Source of the DNA: Entomortierella parvispora E1425
Lineage: Eukaryota > Fungi > Mortierellomycota
Direction of reading: 5' to 3'
DNA length: 64,000 bases
NCBI GenBank assembly: GCA_020891255.1
Contig: BQFW01000008.1
Location: forward strand, 2,480,001-2,544,000
The notes under the pieces are model-generated. The model searched no databases and was not told the DNA's origin. It worked only from the letters and a program-made list of their open reading frames with translations. The translations under genes and the position numbers were made by a program. Below, piece after piece: positions 52,475 through 63,096 of this stretch (within the stretch, counting starts at the first letter, position 1; each line of letters starts with the position of its first letter).

Positions 52475-52977
52475 TCCAGCTCTGCTCCTCTTCCCACGCT
52501 CAAACAGGTGGAATAAAAATATAAAAAAAACGCCATAAAAACTTCAGACATTTTCGCGGCTGTGGCGCGTCAAAAGAACTACTTCAGTTTTCCCCATCAT
52601 TTGACTTCGCTTCACTTTGGCAACCAGTATTCTCAGCTCATTCATAGCCTCTTACCACTTCGCTACCCTGACCTTAACCTTTCAGCCAGGCACAGTTGGC
52701 AAACGCATTGACTCTGTCTCCGGATGTCCTTTTGTAATCTCGAATATTCATGCGCAGGTATATATTTGCTTTTGGGACTAGACATCTACCCTTTACCCCT
52801 GTCGCACTGTTGAGCTTGCGAGATACCCTGCGGCTACGGGTTACTGCTTCTTTGACCACAAAACAATGATAGCTTTTGAATGGACGATTGGGGGATAATG
52901 TCCGAACAATAGAAATAGCCCGGGTGTGGGGAAATCAAAGAAAAAAGAGTCAAAGGTTGGTTGCGTTTTATTTGAAT

Positions 52978-54971
52978 TTAAACCTCGGCGAGAACCTCGG
53001 GCTCCTTGAAGTCACCCTTGCGCTCAACCTTGGCACCAGTGGTCTCGATATCAGCACCAGAGTGGAGCTCGAGGAGCTTGCCAAGATCGAACTTGGGGGC
53101 CTTGAGGATCTTGACCTTGCGGATGAAGACATCACGGAGGGGGTAGATCGACTTGCAGGACTTCTCGATCTCGTTTCCGATAACCTCGGGGATGAACTTG
53201 TGGACGAGCTCCTTCAAGTCGCAGGAGGTGGCCTGGGCAGTCATGATCTCGAACATCTTCTTGCGAATCTGACGGATCTGAGCAGACTGGGCGTAGGTGG
53301 TCTTCTTGACCTGGTGGACACCCTTCTTGGTGAAGGCAACAGCGAAGAGGCGGAGCAAGTAACCGTCGGTGGTCTTGACATCGACGTGAGCCTCAATGAT
53401 GGACTGTTGGGTATTTTAAGAGAAATGAAATTGGATAAGTATCAATGGATCCAAAACTTGCTTCCAGTCATGGAAACCATGAGATAGACAATATATAGAA
53501 AAAGCTTTTGTTTGTGTTTCGTACCTGCCACTTGCGGACCATGGAGCGGAGCTTGTCCGAGGTCATGTCCATACCGTGGAAGTTGGTGAGGCAGTTCTTG
53601 CCCTGGACCTCATCAACACGCAGCTTAACCTTGCGGAACGAGTACTCCTCGTTCTTGTTCAAGTCAGCGAGAGAGATCTCGAGGACACGGCCCTTCAAAG
53701 CATCGTTGGCGTTCTTCATGCCCTGAGTACGGTTGACAAGGGTCTTGCCGACCTGACGAACGTCGAAGGTGGAAGGAGCCTTGATGTCATACCAGTCCTT
53801 GCGGGTGAAGGGGTCGACGCTATATGGCGCAAACGATAGCAATCGAAAATTATCAGCACAAGATCCTATAATGACTGCTCCTTAATGTGCTGTTGTTGCT
53901 GATGTGCTGTGGTGTCTCCAGTGTTTCGACAGAGATGTATCTTTGCAATTCCTCGATCCAGTATTGGCGAAAGATACTCTTGTCGACAAGTGTGACCCTA
54001 GCATCCCCCTCATTCCCTCACTCCTCGCTCTCTATCCTGTCTTTGACAAGTGAGATCCAGTTGCAAAGAGAAAAAAAGTCCTCGCAAATCGTGCTGTAAA
54101 TATTCAGTTTGAAGTCGATCGCTAGTGTTTCCTGTTGCCGCAGCAATAACCGCCAGCACTCTTTCAGACAACAACAGCAACAAGACCCCATGATTTTGAA
54201 TGGATCGTAGTATCCGATCAATAATACGAGTATCCAGTCTGCTGCTGCTGCTGTCTGTTCTTTTTCCCAGTTGAGTAGTGTAGCTATCCTGGAGTCCATG
54301 TCGCCGTTGTTGTACAAAATAAATCAGCTTGGAACGATACTTTACACCTTCTTCTTGAGACCCTTCTTGCCTTTCGAGAGACGCCTATTGTTGAAAAAGT
54401 GGAGTGTAACTTGTAAGAAAGACTGAAGGATGTTGACCTGTTTGCCATTGCGGCCTTGTACTTTTGAAAGATGTTTGCCGTCGCTTACTTATTCTTTCCA
54501 ACGGCTGTGTGAAATCAGGATCGTAGTGTTGATGATGCGTCAAGGATGATCAAGACAGTGGAGGGATCAGGATGTATGTAGTCCCGTCATAAGGTTGAAC
54601 GATTGAGCAGAGCGAGTTGTAATCAGACAGGTTGAATCCCGAACATCGCAAGTCCATGAAGGTGTCCAAGATGCAAGATAAAGAAAAAAAGTTGACAAGT
54701 CCACGTAGAGTGCCCATCCAGAGTCCGGATTTTTCCATGAAGGTGAGGATGAGGATGGACAGGACGATATCGATGGAGATGGTAACGGATGGTTGATAAA
54801 GAGTGAGAGAGAACGATCGATGGTTAGTGAGTGATTTGCAGCATGTTGGATGTACATCCACCATAGATCAAGGTCCGTCAGTGCCAGCGCGCATTTTACA
54901 TGGCGTAGAACCACTTTGCGGACACCGCTGGCCACATTAGGAAATCCCTGTAGACCCGCATAATTACCCAT
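52978..54971 (-). CDS. RPS1: 40S ribosomal protein S1/S3a (eS1); 5 exons including 4-nt, 16-nt and 39-nt initial exons
   Basis: M|AVGKN|[13 protein letters not shown]|[16 protein letters not shown]...KWQ|[20 protein letters not shown]...[12 protein letters not shown]. Confidence 0.97.
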
Positions 54972-55658
54972 ATTGTTTGTGAGAGGAAGACGCAACAGGC
55001 CGCCGAGTGAGTCCAGGTAATATGGACGAGGCGGGATCTCTAATTGACCGAAGTCGAATCCGATCTCTAATTGAATGATAACGTGACATTTCTATTTTTC
55101 TATTTTTTTTTGCCCAACGGGTTCAACTTCGCTCCTTTTGGGGGGAAGCACCAGAGAGCACTTTTCCTAGGGCACTTGCGCTGGAGTTCCAGGCTGGTAG
55201 GGTTTGCGCTTGTCCCACCAACAAATGGCTGCCAAACGGAAAAATATGAGCTCAACGGCCACCTGGCAAACCATCGGCTCACCAAACGTGTTGACAGCAA
55301 TCAGACACGGCTGATTGCGGTCGCCATATCTGCTTGCTGCTTGCTGTTCACAGCAAAAAGTGAACGCAAAAGTGCGGAAAAACGGGATCCCATCTTTCAT
55401 GCACACGAACAGCCTCAAGTTGGTCATGTTCATCAGGTCCACCTAATATAACCGACCACTCACCTTCCAGTAGGTCAGTCTGTTGTCCATTCACAAACAC
55501 GGAACGGAACTGTTGCTTAAACTTACGTCAATTCTTCCACAGTTCCGCCTTTTTCTTCGTCCCTGTCTCCTCTCATTCCTCTTCTTTTTCTTCTTTTCAT
55601 CTCATTCAGAATCACTCACATCCCTCAACTCCCCACAACCAAACCCTTCCTCACAACC

Positions 55659-56288
55659 ATGAAGTTCCTCGCCTCCGTCGCTGCCGTCGCTGCCGTCGCC
55701 TCCGTCGCCTCCGCCCAGACTCTCCAGATTAGGCAAGTTCATATTGACAAGAACAATTGTTGAACACTGAAAGCGGTCTCCCCCCTGTCAGCCCTCCTAA
55801 CACGTCGTCTCCATCCTACTCTTTATGGCCCAAAAAAAAAACTCCCTCCCTCTAGCAACCCTACAACTGGAGTCACCTGGCAGGTTGGTGGATCCGGCTA
55901 CATCTCCTGGTCCGGCAACTGTGCCAACCTTGGCAACGCCTCCCACTCGGTCGATGTCCAGTTGATGACTGGACCCGCGACTGCCCTTAGATATGTTGCC
56001 GACCTCACCACGATTGATTGCTCTGGAAACACCACCTCGACCACCGTTACTGTTCCCAGCACGCTTACTCCCGGCAACTACTCTCTCCAGATCTTGACCT
56101 CCCCAACAGACTCTTACAGTGCCATTTTCGCAATTGCCGGCGGCGCTTCTTCCACATCTGCCGCCCCTGCTCCCCCTGCTGCGTCGACTACCAAGGCTCC
56201 CAGCGGCAGCGCTGGCAGCGTCGTCACTGCTCCTTTGATGGCCGTGGCCGGCTGCGTTGCCCTTGCTGTCGGTCAGCTCCTCCTTTAA
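55659..56288 (+). CDS. Secreted, probably GPI-anchored Ser/Thr-rich cell-surface protein (Kre9/Knh1 N-terminal-like Ig fold); 2 exons, GC-AG intron
   Basis: Signal MKFLASVAAVAAVASVASA; NPTTGVTWQVG...W..NC...C...GNYSLQI...YSAIFAI; S/T/A/P linker; hydrophobic C-terminus; intron 55733-55855. Confidence 0.85.
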
Positions 56289-57793
56289 AAAAAGATAGTA
56301 AAGCTCCTCCTGCACAGGACAGGGGGGAGAACAGAGGGAAAACAACAGGACCAGGATGCAAATGAGATCCAAATCTCGCAGTAATATGACCCCTCCTTTC
56401 CTCTTGGTTGTAGTTTTCTTCATGAACTTCCCCCCTACTCTTCCCTTCTCCTGTGGGGCCCCTCATTTGATAACCATGCGTCTCACACTTTTTTTTTTTG
56501 CAGTTTCCCATTGTGCTTCGCAGGCTCTCTTTATTTACTCGTTTTCTATCTCTTTTGTCCTCTTTCAATTGCTTTTTTTTTTCTTTCGTGACCTTGACGA
56601 CCAACCAAAAAAATCACATTTATCGTCCCATCTACTCGTCATATATCCTTCATTTTTTAATCGCCCTGTATCAACATTAATTGGAGAAGAGAACAACAAA
56701 AAAAAAGAAAATCCTTGGGTCGTAATAAAGTCGCAAGAGAGAATGAGTTATTGAAAGAAAAAACATTGTCCATAAATTTTGCCGTTTGCCTGGAAGTTGA
56801 GTAGGAAAAATACCAGAATCAAAACGAGCGGGGCTCCTTTGTTTGTCGTACAAAAAGGACACAACAATATGGATGGACCCAAAAAAAAACCCAACGAATG
56901 TTGACAAAAAAAAATGGTGGAAAGGGTCAATGGAAATGGAAGAAGGGGAAAGGGTGGAAGACACTGAAGGGCAAAAACTGGGGACGATGATGACAACAGG
57001 GGCTGGTGTATTTTTTCCAAAGGGATCCTTTTCTGGTGGTAACGTCTCGACAGAGGTCTGATTTGGGCTCCAGACCCCAGGCTCTCTGTTATTTCTCTGT
57101 CGTGAGCCAGAGAGGGATGAAGGATAGGTCGATGTTTAGCAACTAGAGTGCCGGTGACCTTTCTCATTTCGCTACTCTCGGACGCCATTTCTCTCTAGGG
57201 ATTTTCGTTTCTCCTTTGTGGAGGTGAACTTTACCCAAGGCTGGTTAGGCTGACGCTGGGAATGATGGAATGATGGCGTGGGTTGTTGGGCTTGTTTGTA
57301 AGGAAAACCTATTTTTATTAATCACCGAGCTTGAGCCTCCTTCTTTGCACAACCTGAACAGCAGAGGGATGGGAACTTCCTCTGCTGAACACTGTGTTGT
57401 TGTTGTTGTTTTTGCTCGCCCTCACACAGTCCCTTTTACCTCCTTCCTTCCTTCTTGCCCCTCGATGCCCTGCCGGGACAAGAAGGCAAAAGAAGGCGAG
57501 AGGACTACACCAATTGGTCTTGGCAAGAAGAAAGAGGGAGAGGAGGGAGGCGCCATCTTGTCTCCTAGCCGGAAAGGACGCGTTCCATTCCCGCCCTTTT
57601 TTTGAAAGACATGACTTGCAAGACAAAAAAAAAAAAAATCGCCTGTTCTGGGCGCATCAGATATGTACTGTACCCAAAAAGGACGCGCCCTTTTCACCCT
57701 TTCATGCAAAGAGCGGAGTGTCCCCAAGATCCGAGAAGTCGGCTCCCTTCTCCAAGTTCTGTTTCCAGAGGAGTAAAAAAACAAAAAGTATCG

Positions 57794-57874
57794 CGTCAAC
57801 TGCAGGGTTCGAACCTGCGCGGGAAATCCCATACACTTAGCAGGCATACGCCTTAACCACTCGGCCAAGTTGAC
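57794..57874 (-). tRNA. tRNA-Ser(GCT), intronless
   Basis: Acceptor stem GTCAACT/AGTTGAC, A-box TGGCCGAGTGG, anticodon loop CTGCTAA, long variable arm, B-box GGTTCGAACC; T5 terminator downstream. Confidence 0.95.
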
Positions 57875-58318
57875 ATGTTACTTGTGATTCCCATTGTTAA
57901 GGTTTGCGCTTATAAATCATTAATTTCGATACCTGAATTTGGCCTAACTTAAATTCATGGAGAAATCCGTGGCGATTTGCTCAAAATGCCCTTTTTTGCG
58001 CTGATTCAACGACAGTAAGGAAGCTGCGACAATGTTCTCTGCGCTGGAGGAAGAAATGAGCACGGCATTCGCAAATGATGAGGCCAAATTCGAAAGATTT
58101 TCGGTAACCTCGATTTTTTTGGCGCATGTGACCTGAAATTGCAACTTAAAATGGCAGTGATTGACCCGTTCTCTTTTTTTTTTTCAAGGGCCGGCGTGAG
58201 AATGGCACAAATGACGGAATTTCGGAGGCGAAATTGTCAAAATGCAAGATTGGCAAGGATGAGCCCTTGAGAAGATGGTTTATAAACTTAAAATTTTCTG
58301 TCTCACCATCGAGTTCAT

Positions 58319-58399
58319 GTCAACTTGGCCGAGTGGTTAAGGCGTATGCCTGCTAAGTGTATGGGATTTCCCGCGCAGGTTCGAACCCTGCAGTTGACG
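58319..58399 (+). tRNA. tRNA-Ser(GCT), identical to the copy at 57794-57874
   Basis: Same cloverleaf; TATAAA at 58281-58286; T5 terminator at 58407-58411. Confidence 0.95.
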
Positions 58400-58465
58400 C
58401 GATATCTTTTTGCCCTTTTCGGTCTTCATCGGCAGAGAAGGGCTTGATCTTTTGGTCGTGTAAAA

Positions 58466-59160
58466 AATCTAACCAACGACCATGTCGTTTGTTAGTTTTC
58501 CACCGACCATGGGGGACTTTCCTTTTTGGGCGTCTTATCCGTCGACCTTGACATCTCGTATCCGCCGACCATTAACCACCGACCCCTCTCTAATCCGCCG
58601 ACCACTCCGTTTCTTGACCACCGACACTTCCGTAACCGCCGACTTGTGAAATTTTGGGAGGGTTCAAACTTACCAAAGGTTGCGAAGTAATTCCTCTCTC
58701 CTGAACTTATGAAAAGTAGATACTATGGATCTTATACCAATGTGTCTAGCAATATCTCCCTTGTAGCTTGGCCAGCTGGGTCCTTGAAACTTCTGCTGTT
58801 GGTGACCGGCTGCTCGAAAGGACAGCGGTTGGTGAGAAAGACACCGCCGGTCTATAAGTCACCGATCTAGATTTTTTTTTTTTCGTTGACATGAACAAAG
58901 TACTTAGGTTAGGTCGAGGACTAAGGGAGGGGTCATCCGCAGATAAGATGAAGACAAGTCGGCGGATACGGCAATGGTTAGGTCGGTGGATTAGAGAGCA
59001 GTCGGTGGATGAGAGACAGGAAGGTCGGTGGTTTAGAGAGGGGTCGGTGGTTAATGGTCGGCGGATACGAGATGTCAAGGTCGACGGATAAGACGCCCAA
59101 AAAGGAAAGTCCCCCATGGTCGGTGGAAAACTAACAAACGACATGGTGGTTGGTTAGATT
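58466..59160. mobile_element. Non-autonomous DNA transposon (MITE/foldback), 695 bp, with 128-bp TIRs
   Basis: 58466-58593 versus the reverse complement of 59033-59160 gives 127/128 identity; both arms carry and are extended by arrays of CC(A/G)CCGAC motifs; no intact ORF inside. Confidence 0.85.
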
Positions 59161-59348
59161 CTTCGGCTAAACGCATGGAAGATCAAAATCATAAAAAAAC
59201 CCTTTCCTTTTATTTGAGTCTCAAGATTGAAGATATTTACATTTCCCCTTTTCCCTCCACTATATAACAGGTATTTCGTGTTGGCACGAGACAATCCACC
59301 CATCTGCTACTGCCTTTTACACTTCTCGACGGTAACCTCCAGGTTTTT

Positions 59349-60773
59349 TTAATAGCGTGGACCTTGCTGTCTGCCACTCTCCATTAGATTAGGGCTTCCA
59401 CTGGAAGGTCGCGACATGCGGATGCTCTCCGGAAGAGGAACACCTGCCCGGTTGATCGGGCGGGGCGCTGCCGTAGGCAAAGGCATGGGCATGGGCATGG
59501 GCATCGACATGGGCTGTGGCATCATTTGCTGTAGCTGCTGTTGCTGCTGAGTCAAGGGTGGATAGTACACATGGCCATAGTAGTTGCCGTTGGTGCTGTT
59601 GTCAGCCGGTTGAACAATACGTCGCGGAATGAACTCTTGATCGTCGTCTTCCAATTCTTGCTTGTCTCCATAGTAAGACTGCGCTGTGGCAGCGACCGAG
59701 GCCGGGTATTCTGCTCCACTGGCTTCCCGACTACGACCACCCTCGCCACTCATCACCCCGCCATTGTCGTGGGTATGGAAGGAATGGTGCTGTTGATGGG
59801 GTGGTAGGTTCTTGTTAAACTCATCCGACGAGACCGATTCATCCGAAGAGGACGAACGGGACTGGTTCGAGATTCGTTTGGCATCGAAAAAAATCGGTTG
59901 ACTCGAGAACCGGGTTGGGTCCATGTAATCTGGATCCAACCCTCCCGAACCCGTAGAAAGGTTCGAGAAACGATTGTCGTTGAAATCCAACAGGGCTGAG
60001 AATCGATTGGGGGCCACCAAACTCTCGCCTTCGGCAAACTTTTCTTGATGGTCCTCTTCTTCCTCAGGTTGCTCTGGCTCCAAGGGACCGGCCCGACTAT
60101 GGATAGGGCTTGAGGGACCATGGTGCTTGTTCAGACTAACGCTTCGATGGAGCGAGCTCACCACTTGGGCACCGGGAGGGGTCGTGGTCACGATCGAGAT
60201 GGGAGTATTGTTGACCGTCGTAGCTCGAGTGCGGCCGCCCGAGACCGATCGACGAGGTGGAGCCTCGCCCTCAACCACAGTCTCTTCAGAGATCAACGAG
60301 ATCTGCTGGAATTGACCCAGCGATCCTTCCCGATCCAACTGACGGTTGCGATGATCCGTCACGCCCTTTGCAAACGCAATAGGCGCCGACCGAGTGCGAT
60401 GGTGGACATTCGACGGAGGGGACAAAGAAGTGGAAGCATCCTTTTCTTGGTTTTGTTCACCCTCCTTCGCCGCTGTGGCGGGGACCAAGGTTGAAGACGA
60501 CCCTTGGGTTTCGAAATACTTTGCAGTCTTTTCTTGATCCATGAATGTGGGTAGGAATCGTTGCAGCTGTCCTATGCGACGAGAGGCGCGTCGTTTGCGC
60601 ATACAGCAGTAAAAAATGGAGAGGGCCATGACCAAAGCCAAAGAGCCCACGGTGGCGCCTACAATGACCGCTACATGAGAGGTGGGTTCGGGTTGGTCAG
60701 GCGAAGTGGAAGGTGGGGCACGTTTGTGAAGGAACATGCAATCCATTGGATCGACAAAGCAACCTGGTGCCAT
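59349..60773 (-). CDS. Single-pass membrane protein (short N-terminal ectodomain, long disordered cytoplasmic tail), intronless, 474 aa
   Basis: TM VAVIVGATVGSLALVMALSIFY followed by CCMRKRR (positive-inside, possible palmitoylation); S/P/Q-rich tail. Confidence 0.75.
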   Translation of the reverse strand: MAPGCFVDPMDCMFLHKRAPPSTSPDQPEPTSHVAVIVGATVGSLALVMALSIFYCCMRKRRASRRIGQLQRFLPTFMDQEKTAKYFETQGSSSTLVPATAAKEGEQNQEKDASTSLSPPSNVHHRTRSAPIAFAKGVTDHRNRQLDREGSLGQFQQISLISEETVVEGEAPPRRSVSGGRTRATTVNNTPISIVTTTPPGAQVVSSLHRSVSLNKHHGPSSPIHSRAGPLEPEQPEEEEDHQEKFAEGESLVAPNRFSALLDFNDNRFSNLSTGSGGLDPDYMDPTRFSSQPIFFDAKRISNQSRSSSSDESVSSDEFNKNLPPHQQHHSFHTHDNGGVMSGEGGRSREASGAEYPASVAATAQSYYGDKQELEDDDQEFIPRRIVQPADNSTNGNYYGHVYYPPLTQQQQQLQQMMPQPMSMPMPMPMPLPTAAPRPINRAGVPLPESIRMSRPSSGSPNLMESGRQQGPRY

Positions 60774-63096
60774 TTAGCTGGACCTTTTGCAAGTTTGTTG
60801 GAAGGGTCAAAAAGGTCGAGACGCGACGCGTTCTAAGTTTTTTTTCTTTTTTCTTTCTGAATGAACAAAAGATAATGTGTGCTGCGAGGGGTCGAGGTAG
60901 CCCTGGAATCGAGGGGAAGGAACAAAACAGAGACTAGCGCACGATGAAGGATGCAGTCGACGAACAAGAGAAAAGAAGAGAAAAACAAGAAGAGATGGTC
61001 GCAGGGGAAGAGGGAGATTGTGTCTCTGGATCCGAGATGCAGAGTGGAAGAAAGAAAAGAAGAAAAGGTGCAGCCCATTCCCAAGTAAGGGTGGTATAAA
61101 TATAAAATATGAAAGGAAGGGAAGAGGGGCGGTAACTTGAAGTGGTCATACTTATCATTCCATCCCTCCTCTCTGCCTGTCTGCCCGTCTGCCAGTCCAT
61201 CTGTCCCCTAGCCTTGATTCTGGGCCGTGCTGGCGAAATGGACAACGACACCACATGCGCCATTGTTGATTGTACCTCTGTGTCTTGTCTCTCTTTCACA
61301 TTTTGTCTTTACTTGGAGGCCTACCAGACATGACATGCGATCAGGCAAACAAGAAAAAGGAAAAAAAAGGGTCAAAACAATCCCAACAGACAGGATAACA
61401 TCACACCTCGGGGCTTGGTCTTGTGCAATTGAATGGAACATACTCTTGCCGTTCTAATGAATCCACCCTTGGTCAGAAGGGCTCGGGTTGTTCCTTTCTC
61501 TCTTGCTGTGGATAAAACCCTTTTGGACGCAAGGGGTGGTCCGGAGACTTTATTCTGTAAGCGGCAGGTGTCCTTCATTCTTTATTTTTAGGGCAGCAGC
61601 GACGCCCAAGCGCGCGTCGAGGGACTTCACGAGGCTTGAGCATTAAGAGAAGCACAACAGGCATGACCCCATGCGCCTTTGTACCCACCGATGGACAAGA
61701 CTGTTTGCAATAAAAAAAGAATGTAGAAGGATAGAGCTGGATTTTTTTTTGTGTGGATGGCTTGTGGCGGCAACGAAGGGCACGGATGGAGAGGAGAGGG
61801 AGTACCAAGCGCGGTCTTTGTTATTTTTATCTCTTTTGGACCAAACACATCAATCATGTCCAAAATAGCGATTGCATTGCCGCCCCTATCGACAGTTCAG
61901 CGCGTTTGTTGTTTTTTGTCTCTCTCATTATTACCAAACCGAAAACGATCTCTGTTGGCCAAAACAGAGTGGATAGAGGTCGATATATTGATAGACTAGG
62001 TCAGTCTAGCCACAGAACCCCCTGCGATCACAATCCCCTCTCTCTCGTTCATTCCTCGCTGACCTGGCTTTTCTCTTGTCAAAAAAAAAAAAAAAAAAAA
62101 AAAACAGGGGGGGGGGAAGGACCTCTTGCGCGCGACTCAGTTGACCATCAATGGATGGGAAGGTCCTGGAAACCACAGTCCCTGACATGTTGCTTTTTTT
62201 GCTATGGGGTTTCTTTCGCGGGACATTCGACCCCACTCTTTTCACAGGGAGTGTCCCGACATGCATGCAGAGGCACATCTGGAACCAACAACAAATCGAA
62301 CCACTGTTCAAAATAGACACACGAATGAAAAACCATTGGGGACTGAGCAGGGGGACATGGCAGTCTAGGGGAAGAAAGCGATGAAAGACGGCCAGGACCT
62401 GTAACACAGGTAGGTGCAGGCACAGGCACGGGCACAGGTACAAGCACAGACGGCAACAACAGCACCGCCAGGGCAGTGTTGCCGGGAGAAAGAGAGAAAA
62501 AACATGGCGGTGCTACTGTAGTCCTGCTGCGAAATTGCTCAGCCAAGAAAGAGCAAACGAAAAAAAAAAAAAAAAAAGGCGCGCGAGCACAGACGCGGCT
62601 TTTGTGGGGACTGGAAGGGGTTTGTCCTTTCCATCGGGTCCTTCGCCCGCCGTAGCCGAGGAAGGAGCAAACTCAATGTAATTGCAGCGCAGAGGAGCGC
62701 AGAGAAGAGAACCAAGCCCTTCAGCCCAGAATGCCAATCTGAAGCGAAGAAAGGAGCAAGAGCCAGTCAGCACATGCAGATAGCCGACCAGTCCAGTCCG
62801 ACAGCCAAGCGGGGGCTGTGGTTAAAAGGAGGATGAAAGAGAGGAGATCAAACAAAACCTGTTTCAACCAGGGCAGAGGAGCAATGATGATTTGCTGCAT
62901 GGGCGTCGTGCGGAGGACAAAGACGACACAGAGGGGGAACTGTCCGCCCGTCTGGCGTCTGTCGGTCTGTCTATCGGTCTCTCTGGCTGTGGGAAGGGAA
63001 TGGGGGGAACATTGACGGGCCGGGCTGCGTTCATTTCTCTCTTCTCCCTTCCTTATTCCCTCATTCCCAATCAGACAATCCCTCACTTTCATCACC

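Noticed and set aside
56748-57188. 146-aa ATG ORF between the GPI gene and the tRNA pair
   Set aside because: No domain; the second half is low-complexity F/L/P sequence derived from A-rich DNA.
58500-58640. Regularly spaced CCRCCGAC repeats as a CRISPR-like array
   Set aside because: The units are only 8-9 bp with irregular short spacers, are mirrored in the opposite arm, and lie in a eukaryotic context with no cas genes; explained as TIR sub-repeats.
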